Translations under genes and position numbers: made by a program
Notes under the pieces: generated by a model
The model's database searches: none
Seen by the model: only the letters and a program-made list of their open reading frames with translations
What the model was told of the DNA's origin: nothing
In this document: positions 55,401 to 64,000 of the stretch, piece after piece
How positions within the stretch are numbered: position 1 is the first letter of the stretch
Layout of the letters: each line of letters starts with the position of its first letter
Virus record (IMG/VR): IMGVR_UViG_3300032294_001228
Span: 1-64,000 of that record
DNA length: 64,000 bases
Reading direction: 5' to 3' (one strand)
Origin: a virus

Positions 55401-56961
55401 CGCCATTGAAACAAATCATTTTAGAAAAAGACTATTGTTTAGTGAAGTTAAAACAGCAGTAGCACGTCGTGATGGCGTATACGATGTAATAGAAACAGCG
55501 ACTGGGGATGTAATAGGTACTTATAACATTTACAACACGGTTTTCATTCCTACTGATTTTAGTAGAGGATACACAGTGGCCAACGTTATCCCTAGCGATA
55601 CATCTATAGGTGATCAAACTATTAAATATGAAGTGGTTTATGCAGAAATAAAAGACGAAAACACCAACAGTTTAGGTCAAGGTCCAGCCGATGTAATAGA
55701 TCTAAACGGAGTCATACGAAATCCATATCTGGTAGGAGGTAATTCTTATGTAATTGCAACTCCCAATGCATTTACTAATATGGACAATGCTGTGGTTAAT
55801 AACATTGGTTATCAGGATAAAGGTGTATTACCTGATTGGATGACTAGTATCCAACCAAATGGCACACAACTAGGATTTGTACGTGCAGCTGTGTTGGCTT
55901 ATGTTCAGCCTGGAGCAGGAAAGACTGTAGCTTGGAGATTTAATGAATTAGGATATAACCTAAACGAGATTAATTTTACGGTTGATCGTTATTATCTTGA
56001 CAATGTTTACACTAGTAATTTCGACATCTCTGCAAATACATTCATCAGCAGTAGAGAAACCACATTTGATAGATATCCTGCCTTACCAACTTCCTTTAAT
56101 AATATTGCCAGTGTTGACTATGCTGTTGATATTCCGTTCCAAGAAATCAATGAGCGTACTGTTGGGCAAATAGGTCTCAATGGCGGATTAGATGGTATTA
56201 CTTCCTTCCGTAACGGTGAACGGTTAATTTTCTTTAGTCAAGAATTCCAGACTGCTGTCGATATCAGTGACAACTATAATCAAGGTTGGACCTATAGTAT
56301 AGATCCTTGGGACGATCCTGGAACATGGGACTTTGATTTTGCATGGGATCCAGCAACTTATGTACCTGGCTATAGAGAATGGTTGGCTAGTAGACAATTT
56401 ATCGACAGCAACGAGTTATTTTCAGTACCTAATCAACGTATAGCTATATGGCAAATTAATATAGATGGAAATAATTATGTTAGATTGACATTGGCCAATG
56501 TGACTACTACAGTTTCTTCAATATCTGCTAATACCACTGGTTTTGGTAGTAATGTAAGATTGTCTAGCACAGAAAATTTATTTGTAGGCATGCCAGCCAG
56601 AGCCAATGGTCTAGCAAATACCACAGTTATCACCGACATAGTAGGCGCAAACGTTGTACTGTATCCGGCACCATCTGGAGGTATTAGTAGTACAATAACA
56701 TTTATACCAACACCAAATTACAATGATGTTGTATACGTAAGAAACGGAACTTCGCACGGTGGAGTTAACGTTTACTACAACCCAATTATTCCTTCAGGAA
56801 ATATTGTTCCTGGTTGGAGCGAAATTCCGCAAGAAATCAAAACAGTTGGTACTACGTTTGATGGTGACGGAACTAAATTCTACGACTATAGAGACAACTA
56901 TGTAATACCTCAACAAGGTGAAAAACAGGTTGTGTTTCCTCGTCAGAATGTTTTTATATAA
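52495..56961 (+). CDS. Large virion protein with Ig-like (putative Ig/cadherin) domains
   Basis: Repeated SG.LP.GL.L...G.ISG and F.FT(I/V) Ig-like units; W.TP.G.LG N-terminus. Confidence 0.75.
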   Translation: MAYPIWLTPAGNLGIVPEAEYYQFSLDGYDTSGGALKYSRISGTLPVGLQITPSGVIKGIPISTGGPDLNQEFTFTIRLQNLSTLRVADRTFNITITNVAPPIIVPKTVVNFYNLILQGNISAAEGQYINQQFSRANATVFKTVTNSSVITVTYNTETPFTLNNGNLIVVDGANLTFTNAYPTSYTVVSSISTRDLGEYFDGQVLNLQLEATEFILGGDLTWTLRSGSLPPGLMLSPSGLISGYIKLIPAVGPSGDPGWDDTNWDGRFTFNNAPSQLGWDFPLGTISKNFEFTIEVSDGSLTDAVTYRLFVVPKRATTADSTLLTADTSIINDVKFTVDTGSRHNPIITTTQDDITSQRQGSWFTLQIQAIDLEEDILNFSIPNLSAGSFDEQVVSGQYPYVGRAEVINGNISVATNWPGNNTPYLVSGDQIQVLSPFTDITSVQTSLVWYDATVNNHGSMRIVGNTIITANVGNFISQSIGSANATVTNSSVTTGNITLDGSILLGTIEVGGNLIVSANVGDFLTQLGSTGNARVTSSVSFNSLIDVQFNSGSFVINGGNLQINGANISSYPISQSSSLQTVVLNANVGDIITQSSTGANARVIKAQSAFNDGIIQPLYFEVQFNSGKFATGVSAGNIKLNSSNVDVYPTSVYTQADINFIYNSGEFRINQIPSADSIVYIAGRNSFAVPSKFLTVGVDVDPSPNTQGSVGFDEDKFDQGALALPGTLSLNSQSGWITGFLPTQVAYQLSYDFEVIVYKRDYPTYQTSQLFSITVLGDLYNTIEWVTPSFLGEIQNGSVSDLSVLAINPQGRQIYYYYTPGSYLNQVQGLRLEPDGLLSGRASFQLFKLDGGTTIFDGDFFTGEPTTTFDHTFEFSITAQTFDQTTSSNRIFRVLVRERNSRPYENLYLKAILNKYQRLEFRDVIQNQSVFPSDLIYRSTDPWFGVARDLRMLFLPGLNPSTLGEYAAAIETNHFRKRLLFSEVKTAVARRDGVYDVIETATGDVIGTYNIYNTVFIPTDFSRGYTVANVIPSDTSIGDQTIKYEVVYAEIKDENTNSLGQGPADVIDLNGVIRNPYLVGGNSYVIATPNAFTNMDNAVVNNIGYQDKGVLPDWMTSIQPNGTQLGFVRAAVLAYVQPGAGKTVAWRFNELGYNLNEINFTVDRYYLDNVYTSNFDISANTFISSRETTFDRYPALPTSFNNIASVDYAVDIPFQEINERTVGQIGLNGGLDGITSFRNGERLIFFSQEFQTAVDISDNYNQGWTYSIDPWDDPGTWDFDFAWDPATYVPGYREWLASRQFIDSNELFSVPNQRIAIWQINIDGNNYVRLTLANVTTTVSSISANTTGFGSNVRLSSTENLFVGMPARANGLANTTVITDIVGANVVLYPAPSGGISSTITFIPTPNYNDVVYVRNGTSHGGVNVYYNPIIPSGNIVPGWSEIPQEIKTVGTTFDGDGTKFYDYRDNYVIPQQGEKQVVFPRQNVFI

Positions 56962-57021
56962 AATTTTAGTTATAAATACACTTGTACTAGATAAATAACT
57001 ACATATTTGAGAGACTTATAA

Positions 57022-57918
57022 ATGAGTAATATTAACCCACAAAACATTGATGGAAGTTTTCCTATAGCAGGCCAAGATAATAACAGCCAGGGTTTTAGAG
57101 ATAACTTTACCAACACAATTAATAATTTTACCTTTGCTGCCGCTGAGTTAACTGATCTTCAGACTTATGCGGTGTTAAAAGGACCATTAGGTTCTGTTGG
57201 GCAAACTGGTACTCCTATCAATGACATGAATTATGCTTTTATTACAGCACCACAGTTAGTAGAAGCAGTTGAAACTATTAACCAAATTGGTAATGTTTCA
57301 GTAGGCGGTAGCCAGACCATAGATTGGACAGACGGGCATTTCCAAACACTCAGCGTTACAGGATCTGCCACACTAAGTTTTGCTAGTACTTGGCCACCAA
57401 CTAATCATTGGACTAAATTAAGATTACGTATACTTTCATACGGTAGTACTGCACTTACTTTTCCAGCAACAGTTACAGAAAATATCGCAAGTATTAATGG
57501 ATTTGTCAGCGGCACAACTGTTAATTTAAGCGCAGGTATACATGAATACGAATTAACTACCTACAACAACGGTAGTATCGTGGCTATTCATGATTTGATG
57601 TCTAATCTAGGTCCGGTTTTACAACAATTAAGACCAACAGCTAACGTAGCTATTACAGCTAATATCGGAACAGATCGATTATTGATTACTCCGACACCAA
57701 GTGGTGGTATTACTAGTTTCTTCCTTGATGTAACATTACCAAATGTTCAAACAAATGGCGCAACGATTTCTATTTCATCAAACGTAGCCGTTGGAACATT
57801 TAGAGCGTTGCCAAGTTACACCAGCAGTGTTTCACCTAGTGCTAATACAACTATTGCCGCTGGATCATCAGTTAGTTACGTTTACGTATCAGCTGACAAC
57901 AGATGGTATAGAGTATAA
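57022..57918 (+). CDS. Virion structural protein
   Basis: I...FP.AGQDN.SQGFRDNF N-terminus; C-terminus paralogous to 51905 ORF; two late boxes upstream. Confidence 0.7.
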   Translation: MSNINPQNIDGSFPIAGQDNNSQGFRDNFTNTINNFTFAAAELTDLQTYAVLKGPLGSVGQTGTPINDMNYAFITAPQLVEAVETINQIGNVSVGGSQTIDWTDGHFQTLSVTGSATLSFASTWPPTNHWTKLRLRILSYGSTALTFPATVTENIASINGFVSGTTVNLSAGIHEYELTTYNNGSIVAIHDLMSNLGPVLQQLRPTANVAITANIGTDRLLITPTPSGGITSFFLDVTLPNVQTNGATISISSNVAVGTFRALPSYTSSVSPSANTTIAAGSSVSYVYVSADNRWYRV

Positions 57919-57996
57919 TTAGGTTAATCTTTAACCAAAATCATTGACTCCTTATATAAACTAGCGTATAGTTAGTTATATAAGGAGTTTTCTTTT

Positions 57997-58431
57997 ATGC
58001 AAATCGATTTAAACAAATATCAAGAATTTGTCAAGATAGTAACCAGCGAGCCTAGTAACGATCTAACTACATTCATGAACCGGTGTGATGAACTGGATGC
58101 CAATTATGATGGTAGTACACAAACACATGGCCCGGATATCAACGTACCATTACTATTAACAGCCTGTTTAGGCTTAGCTGCCGAATCGGGCGAATTTTGC
58201 GAAATTCCAAAGAAAATGTTTTTCCAAAGTAAACCACTTAACGAAGAAAACGTGTTTCACATGAAACGTGAGTTAGGTGATATCATGTGGTATTGGGTTA
58301 ATGCTTGTCGTGCGCTAAATCTAGATCCTAATGATGTTATCGCTGAAAATGTCAACAAACTCAAAGCCAGATATCCGGGCGGTGAATTTGATGCTTATTA
58401 TAGCGAAAATAGAAAAGCAGGAGACTTATAA
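57997..58431 (+). CDS. MazG-like NTP pyrophosphohydrolase
   Basis: GL.AE.GE..E..KK...ELGD..WY...N..KL..RYP. Confidence 0.85.
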   Translation: MQIDLNKYQEFVKIVTSEPSNDLTTFMNRCDELDANYDGSTQTHGPDINVPLLLTACLGLAAESGEFCEIPKKMFFQSKPLNEENVFHMKRELGDIMWYWVNACRALNLDPNDVIAENVNKLKARYPGGEFDAYYSENRKAGDL

Positions 58432-58682
58432 TGCACCCATTGGCTCCAGATCTTGTGGGATTAAGCGATGAAGAATTGCATAAAAAACGCAGTGAGCTAC
58501 AGGGTCGATTGAATTATGCTTATCGTATTGGTAGTACAGATATGGTAAATCAGTTACAATTATTGTTACAAGATTATGCCATAGAAGTAGAGAGACGAAA
58601 CCAAAAAATGCTAGATGATGCACAAAAGGCTGGTAGGATAAGTAAACCTGGTGATGATACAGCCAAGGATATTACTAGTTGA
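58431..58682 (+). CDS. Hypothetical helical protein
   Basis: TAATG-coupled ORF. Confidence 0.7.
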   Translation: MHPLAPDLVGLSDEELHKKRSELQGRLNYAYRIGSTDMVNQLQLLLQDYAIEVERRNQKMLDDAQKAGRISKPGDDTAKDITS

Positions 58683-59191
58683 AATACGATCAATACGGAC
58701 AGGCCTATACAGATAGTAACGAATTGTGTAACTTACTGTATAAAAACCCTACGCTAGATATCAGCAGATTCCAAGTTGAAGACAGCCTAGAATATAATCG
58801 CAGTGTAGCAGAACTACATGCTGAATTGGACCTATTAGACAGTTATCACGAAATTACCCAAACAGTAGAAGAATTTGATAATACACTACAAAAAAACTGG
58901 CACATGCCCAAAGAATATAAGGATTTAGACATCGCTGCGTATGTATTAGGATTATGTCGAGAAGAACACGAATTACAACGTGTAGGTCAAGAATTATTGC
59001 TGTATCAGGAACGTGATCTATTTGATCTATTACGTTATTTGAAATATTTGGTAGATACATTACGTAAGAATAACGTAGTTTGGGGTGTGGGTCGTGGTAG
59101 TAGTGTAGCTAGTTATGTGCTGTTCTTATTGGGCGTACATAAGATCGACAGTCTATACTATAATTTAGACATCACCGAATTCTTGAAATAA
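58679..59191 (+). CDS. Stand-alone fragment of DNA polymerase III alpha (GxGRGS region)
   Basis: R...EL......L...L....YLVD..R...V..GVGRGSSVAS.VL.LLG...ID...Y.L....FL. Confidence 0.8.
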   Translation: MKYDQYGQAYTDSNELCNLLYKNPTLDISRFQVEDSLEYNRSVAELHAELDLLDSYHEITQTVEEFDNTLQKNWHMPKEYKDLDIAAYVLGLCREEHELQRVGQELLLYQERDLFDLLRYLKYLVDTLRKNNVVWGVGRGSSVASYVLFLLGVHKIDSLYYNLDITEFLK

Positions 59192-59217
59192 ATACGCATA
59201 TAATAGGAGAAACACAA

Positions 59218-59661
59218 ATGGCAGCACAACATAGATCAGCCCGCGGCATACCAGTAGATATGGATAGATTACGTTTAGCTAACGAAACTTCTATTGCTGT
59301 GGGAAATATGAAAGTAAACGCTCGAGGTGATCAACTAGGACCCGGTGGCAAGATTGTTAAAACACGTGCCCAAATACTAGCAGAAAAAAATAAATTGTAT
59401 GGTTCTTTAGCAGACGACACTCCTGTGCTTGAAAGCATACCGGAAGAGCAGGCACTTCCAGATTTTACTATTCCCTCTAACAATATTGTGCAACAACCTG
59501 CACAGGATACACCTGTGGCAGAAACAGCTGGGTCACCTGTAAAACCCAGAGGAAGTTTTGCTGAAAGTTTGGCCAAGGAAACGGTAGTTGAACAAGAATT
59601 GTTAAATCCAAAAGAAGTTTTAAATACTCCTGCAAATCAACCAGGTATTAAAAGAATCTAA
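59218..59661 (+). CDS. Conserved jumbo-phage hypothetical protein
   Basis: RSA.G..VDM..L...NE...AVGNM.VNARGD.LG.GG.I; AGGAG RBS and ATAAATA box. Confidence 0.7.
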   Translation: MAAQHRSARGIPVDMDRLRLANETSIAVGNMKVNARGDQLGPGGKIVKTRAQILAEKNKLYGSLADDTPVLESIPEEQALPDFTIPSNNIVQQPAQDTPVAETAGSPVKPRGSFAESLAKETVVEQELLNPKEVLNTPANQPGIKRI

Positions 59662-59670
59662 GAGGTCACT

Positions 59671-60027
59671 ATGTCATCAGCATATGAAGCTAAACAAATT
59701 AAATCTATCAGACCATTACATGATCATGTGTTAATAACAGACATGAATTTTAAAGAGCGTGTGACATCAACTGGTATTATTATTCGAAGCACAGATGGTA
59801 AATTAGAAGGTATACATGCCCGTTGGGGCCGCGTTTATGCTGTGGGCAAGGATCAAAAAGATGTGCGTCCAGGGCAGTACATATTAGTTAAACATGGTCG
59901 CTGGACTCGCGGTACGCTAATCGAAGATCAAGAAGGTGAGAAGACTATTCGCCGTATTGATGACGCTGATATTCTTCTAGTCAGCGACGAGCCCATGCAG
60001 GACGAAACTATCGGTCAAGGTCTATAA
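59671..60027 (+). CDS. Divergent GroES-like co-chaperonin
   Basis: IRPLHD.V.......R.T..GII......G...V.AVG....DV..G..IL..HGRW. Confidence 0.8.
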   Translation: MSSAYEAKQIKSIRPLHDHVLITDMNFKERVTSTGIIIRSTDGKLEGIHARWGRVYAVGKDQKDVRPGQYILVKHGRWTRGTLIEDQEGEKTIRRIDDADILLVSDEPMQDETIGQGL

Positions 60028-60258
60028 TTGGAAGAAGAAGTAAAATACGTTCCCCACGAAGTAGTAAGCGCAATCAGAGAACTAGCACGAAATGCCAGCA
60101 GTCCATATTCTGATGGCTTTAGTGCCTGTGCTTATAAACACGATCTCTATATATTAAAATGTTTTATAGAAGACATGTATAAAAGCTGCCCAGATTTTCC
60201 TCAACAGGAACGAGAATGGGAACAGGCAAGACTAATGGAGATATTGAAAAGAAAATGA
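60028..60258 (+). CDS. Hypothetical protein
   Basis: ORF directly after the GroES-like gene. Confidence 0.6.
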   Translation: MEEEVKYVPHEVVSAIRELARNASSPYSDGFSACAYKHDLYILKCFIEDMYKSCPDFPQQEREWEQARLMEILKRK

Positions 60259-60328
60259 AGATATTGGCCTTGATTGTTCTTATAATCTTTGTTATAATAG
60301 TGTTATTAAATATTGGCAAGGATAGAAA

Positions 60329-61252
60329 ATGAAACAACTTTGGGTAGAACAGTATCGTCCAAAAACCTTAGATGGGTATGTATTCCAAGATGATAGTATG
60401 CGTGAACAAGTGCAAAGCTGGATTCGTGCAGGCACTATTCCGCATTTACTATTACATGGTGGTCCTGGCACAGGTAAAACAACCTTAGCAAAGATGCTGA
60501 TTAACGAATTAGGCGTTGACGAATACGACGTACTATTTGCTAACGGAAGTAAAGAAGCACGTAAGATTGAGTGGGTTGATAAGTTAATTAGTTTCTGTCA
60601 GACAATGCCATTTGGTCAATTTAAAATTGTGCTAATTGACGAAGCAGACTATATGAATGCTGTAAGTGTTCAACCAGCACTGCGTAATCTGATGGAAGAA
60701 TACAGCGATACAGTTCGTTTTATCCTTACCTGTAACTATCCAAATAAAATCTTACCGCCAATACACAGTCGGTGTCAAAGTATTCATGTCAACAAAGCAG
60801 ATCATACAGAGTTCACAGCACGTGTAGCAACTGTGTTGGTAGCAGAAGGTGTTGAGTTTGATCTAGATACACTAGACAACTATGTACGTGCTACCTATCC
60901 AGATCTGCGCAAGTGTTTAAATCTTACGCAACAAAACTCAACAGAAGGCAAGTTACGTAGTCCTAAAGAAGGTGACAAAGCAGTGGGTGATTGGAAACTT
61001 GACTGTGTAGCACTGTTCAAATCAGGTAAGATTCGTGAAGCACGTAAACTTCTATGTGAACAAGCTGAAGCAGAAGAAATGGATGGTGTGTTTCGCTGGA
61101 TGTATGATAACTTAGATCTTTGGAGTAAAACAACAGAAGGACAAGACGAAGCTGTTGTTATTATACGCAAAGGTCTAGTTAATCACAGCATGGTTGCTGA
61201 TGCTGAAATTAATCTAAGTGCTACACTAGTGGAGTTAAGTCAAATTGGCTAA
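60329..61252 (+). CDS. Clamp loader subunit (RFC/T4 gp44-like AAA+)
   Basis: LWVEQYRP, GGPGTGKTT, IDEAD, FILTCN, SRC, DLR. Confidence 0.93.
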   Translation: MKQLWVEQYRPKTLDGYVFQDDSMREQVQSWIRAGTIPHLLLHGGPGTGKTTLAKMLINELGVDEYDVLFANGSKEARKIEWVDKLISFCQTMPFGQFKIVLIDEADYMNAVSVQPALRNLMEEYSDTVRFILTCNYPNKILPPIHSRCQSIHVNKADHTEFTARVATVLVAEGVEFDLDTLDNYVRATYPDLRKCLNLTQQNSTEGKLRSPKEGDKAVGDWKLDCVALFKSGKIREARKLLCEQAEAEEMDGVFRWMYDNLDLWSKTTEGQDEAVVIIRKGLVNHSMVADAEINLSATLVELSQIG

Positions 61253-61562
61253 ATTAGACATTTACTTATTAGCTACCTATGTAGCCCGACCTAAAAATCC
61301 TCGTCAGACTAGCCGTGCTGGATACATCACCAATCCAGATAATATACAATACGATGAAAATTTAGAAATCGTCCGAGGTTGGCGTGATCGATACATGAAA
61401 TACAGTGTAGTATTAGATCTTACTAACGAAAAAGTTGTTAAGAATAGTTTTCATAATGGTAAGACTTTTGAAGAGTTATTCACACACTATCACGAAGGTT
61501 TTGGTGAATATATCGAACAAACGGTTAATGATTTAAATGCGTCGCTCCAGCTTAAAGGATAG
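61245..61562 (+). CDS. Hypothetical protein
   Basis: Coupled to the clamp loader. Confidence 0.65.
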   Translation: MAKLDIYLLATYVARPKNPRQTSRAGYITNPDNIQYDENLEIVRGWRDRYMKYSVVLDLTNEKVVKNSFHNGKTFEELFTHYHEGFGEYIEQTVNDLNASLQLKG

Positions 61563-61857
61563 TGGCTCCCGCGGGTGGTTTATAGGTGACTTTGATGGTG
61601 CCGTGCATCGCACCAAAGACTTTGAAGTAACTTATCAGAAGAATCCGCGCGGTCAAACTGCCAGTCATATCCACAAACTAGCCTATGAGATTACCTTGGT
61701 TATCAGTGGACGCCAGATCTGCAATGGTCAGATGTTTGCCGCAGGAGACATCTGCATCTTAGAACCCGGCGATATCAGCCAAATTGAATATCTTGAAGAA
61801 ACAGAAGTTGTTACTATTAAAACCCCTAGTGTTCCTTCAGATAAGCACTACCTTTAG
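61537..61857 (+). CDS. Cupin-fold protein
   Basis: GWFIGDF...H.HK...E...VISG......AGDI...K.PS...DK. Confidence 0.75.
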   Translation: MRRSSLKDSGSRGWFIGDFDGAVHRTKDFEVTYQKNPRGQTASHIHKLAYEITLVISGRQICNGQMFAAGDICILEPGDISQIEYLEETEVVTIKTPSVPSDKHYL

Positions 61858-62592
61858 TTAAATTTCACCATAGATCGATAGGATCTCCCTTACCGCTGGA
61901 TGTCTTGCGATATCTCTCTGATTAAATTCAACACCGGCTACATACTTACTCTGTTGGTATGCTTCAACAAGACCTTTGAAGTCTAGTAAGCCATTGTCCT
62001 TATCACAACGGTCTGCCTGACGTGTATCACCTGTTACAACAATCTTAGAACCTTCACCGAGTCGCGTTAGGAGCATCTTTATCTGTCCAGGAGTGGCATT
62101 TTGCATTTCATCTGCAACGACCCAAGCCTCCTTAAATGTGCGACCTCTCATATATGCTAGTGGAGCTATCTCAATCACTTGTTCATCTAGCATACGGGCT
62201 ACATCTCTAGGACTGTAATACTCTTGGATCACATCAAAGAGTGGTCTAGTCCATGGTTCCATTTTTGCTGTTATATTGCCTGGTAGGAAGCCGTGCTTCT
62301 CATCGTCCACTCCTACCGCTGGACGTGTTAGGATAATTTTACTCACTGTGCCTTCTTTGAAAGCCTTAACACCTGCTTGCATGGCCAACATGGTTTTACC
62401 AGTACCAGCTGGTCCTGTAGCAAATACAATGTGTTTAGTGGAATCTGTTAGTAATTCGATATATGTTTCTTGGTTTAGGCTTTTTGGAATTAGTGTTACT
62501 GTCTTTCTCTGTTGAACGTATTGGTTAAAACTAAGTGTGTTGTTTACTTCTACTGCTGCTAAGTGTCTACTGCTAGTTCTACGTTTTGACAT
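61858..62592 (-). CDS. phoH: PhoH-family ATPase
   Basis: GPAGTGKT, RP.V...GFLPG, YMRGRT, DE.QN, LTR.G..S.....GD..Q.D, RH. Confidence 0.95.
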   Translation of the reverse strand: MSKRRTSSRHLAAVEVNNTLSFNQYVQQRKTVTLIPKSLNQETYIELLTDSTKHIVFATGPAGTGKTMLAMQAGVKAFKEGTVSKIILTRPAVGVDDEKHGFLPGNITAKMEPWTRPLFDVIQEYYSPRDVARMLDEQVIEIAPLAYMRGRTFKEAWVVADEMQNATPGQIKMLLTRLGEGSKIVVTGDTRQADRCDKDNGLLDFKGLVEAYQQSKYVAGVEFNQRDIARHPAVREILSIYGEI

Positions 62593-62701
62593 AATGCTCC
62601 CTGTTGATGAGTTTGTAGATTAAAGGCATCTACAAAGATATTTAAGGAGAGGAATTTTATTTTTTTCTGACTAGTTTAATTTTTAATCTCGTGACTAAAT
62701 A

Positions 62702-63220
62702 TTAAGCTGACCTGGACCATTCAGCGTAGATCCTATTATTATCCCAACAGCAGATCATTAGCTTAAATCCAAATAGTTCTGATAGTTTTACGTGTTCTTC
62801 AATAGACCACTGATAAAAATTTATATCCTTGCATTCGTCGTTGCCATGATCTGCGATTCCAGGATTACATCGCCAATAGATGCGTGCGGTAGGTTTAAGA
62901 CAATTAATCACACAGGCGATCTGATTCATGATAGTTAGCTTGTCGCCAAAATTAATACTGCCTAGGCATAGTGCAACATCAAAACGATCGACAGTATTAA
63001 ATTTTTCTATACTAACTTTATAGTCGGCAGCATCATTAGCAGGATCTATACCTACAAGATTAACTATGCGAGATTTGAATTCGTTAAACCCGCAACCAAC
63101 ATCTAAGACTAGTTCATTAGACTGTATTTTGTCTACTAATGCCCAGCCAGAATACTGATATCGATCTATGTCTGATTTCCACACTGTGGAAAAATATTTG
63201 TCAAGTTCTTCTTGTTTCAT
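62702..63220 (-). CDS. Class I SAM-dependent methyltransferase
   Basis: VLDVGCG, GIDP, FDVA.CLGS.NF. Confidence 0.82.
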   Translation of the reverse strand: MKQEELDKYFSTVWKSDIDRYQYSGWALVDKIQSNELVLDVGCGFNEFKSRIVNLVGIDPANDAADYKVSIEKFNTVDRFDVALCLGSINFGDKLTIMNQIACVINCLKPTARIYWRCNPGIADHGNDECKDINFYQWSIEEHVKLSELFGFKLMICCWDNNRIYAEWSRSA

Positions 63221-63249
63221 AAGTAATTATATACGTAGTTAACTTATTT

Positions 63250-63834
63250 ATGAATTTACCTAATCACATATTTTTTACTGGAGCACCAGGTAGTCGTTGG
63301 AGCGGCATAGCGCAGACTATCGAATCTATTCCTGGGTTTAATACCAGCGACCGTAATCCCAATCGTGAATACACACACAATAACTACAGTGGGCATCTAG
63401 GTGCTTACTTTGGCGAAGGTATGGAATGTATATTAATTACCAATGGCGATTACATAGATAGACAGTGGGCAGAGCCTGGCGGTACCAAGCTGATTAAAAG
63501 CCATGAGTGGGCCTTCCATTTAACCGGTATACGTAAGAAAAAACAGTGGCGAGATAGCTGGGTTATGATGGTATATCGACCTGACATGGCTTGCTACAGC
63601 TGGTGGCATGAAGCAGGTGGATTTAACATTAAATACCCCAACTATAGTGCATATAAAAACAGCAACAATATGCTGACTGAAATTGTCAAACAAAATGAGG
63701 CAATTTTGGCTTACGGAAAGATAAATAACTGCAAGTGGGAGTATTTTACTTCTTCTTGGATATCCGAGAATTTCGGTGTAGAAATAGATGTAGCTAAGGT
63801 CTGGCCAGATATATTAGTTACATTAATTAAATAA
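63250..63834 (+). CDS. Sulfotransferase-like P-loop protein
   Basis: FFTGAPGSRWS, IKSH, MVYR....C..WW pattern. Confidence 0.55.
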   Translation: MNLPNHIFFTGAPGSRWSGIAQTIESIPGFNTSDRNPNREYTHNNYSGHLGAYFGEGMECILITNGDYIDRQWAEPGGTKLIKSHEWAFHLTGIRKKKQWRDSWVMMVYRPDMACYSWWHEAGGFNIKYPNYSAYKNSNNMLTEIVKQNEAILAYGKINNCKWEYFTSSWISENFGVEIDVAKVWPDILVTLIK

Positions 63835-63859
63835 ATAACTTTATATAAAGGAAATTAAC

Positions 63860-64000
63860 ATGAACTCAAAACAATTTGTTGCTAAACTAGCACAAGATAA
63901 TGAAGCACTATTTCAAGCAAGTGAAATGAACGTTGAAGCATATTTTAATAGTAATCCAACAACTGAACAACTAGTTGAACACTTCACAGGCCGTATGGTT
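63860..64000 (+). CDS. Partial ORF (possibly ferritin-like), runs off window end
   Basis: AAGGA RBS, ATAAATA box; MNSKQFVAKLAQDNEALFQASEMNVEAYF...GRMV. Confidence 0.55.
   Translation, partial: MNSKQFVAKLAQDNEALFQASEMNVEAYFNSNPTTEQLVEHFTGRMV

Overview
64 kb of an AT-rich jumbo (huge) tailed-phage genome using the standard genetic code, probably infecting a proteobacterium (proteobacterial-type GroEL, ErpA, PBP7 and TraR; an inference). It carries a six-tRNA cluster led by a structured ~120-nt RNA and a circularly permuted two-piece tmRNA with an unusually long 28-codon tag. Many consensus sigma70 promoters and T4-late-like TATAAATA/TAAATA boxes punctuate the window. Gene content: (i) a large modification or biosynthetic repertoire (three radical SAM enzymes, three paralogous glycosyltransferase-like proteins, nucleotide-sugar dehydrogenase, 2OG-Fe(II) oxygenase, two amidinotransferases, an ATE/Bpt-like aminoacyl-tRNA transferase, PRMT-like and FkbM methyltransferases, sulfotransferase-like proteins); (ii) an envelope/signalling block (CHASE2 adenylate cyclase, PBP7-like peptidase, lipase, small membrane proteins); (iii) DNA repair and replication (MBD4-like glycosylase, UvsE, ligase, clamp loader, DnaE fragment, MazG-like); (iv) host-takeover and proteostasis (ClpP, HslV-like, GroES x2, GroEL, IF-1, TraR, ErpA, PhoH); (v) Asn/Gly-rich tail-fibre and baseplate proteins. 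Highlights: the permuted tmRNA, whose tag matches the C-terminal tail of a protein encoded about 1 kb upstream; the late-promoter-associated amidinotransferase/glycan modification cluster; a split ParB-like(DGQH)+HNH pair; and a tRNA-Thr with a long variable arm. All calls come from reading motifs by eye; no database searches were run.
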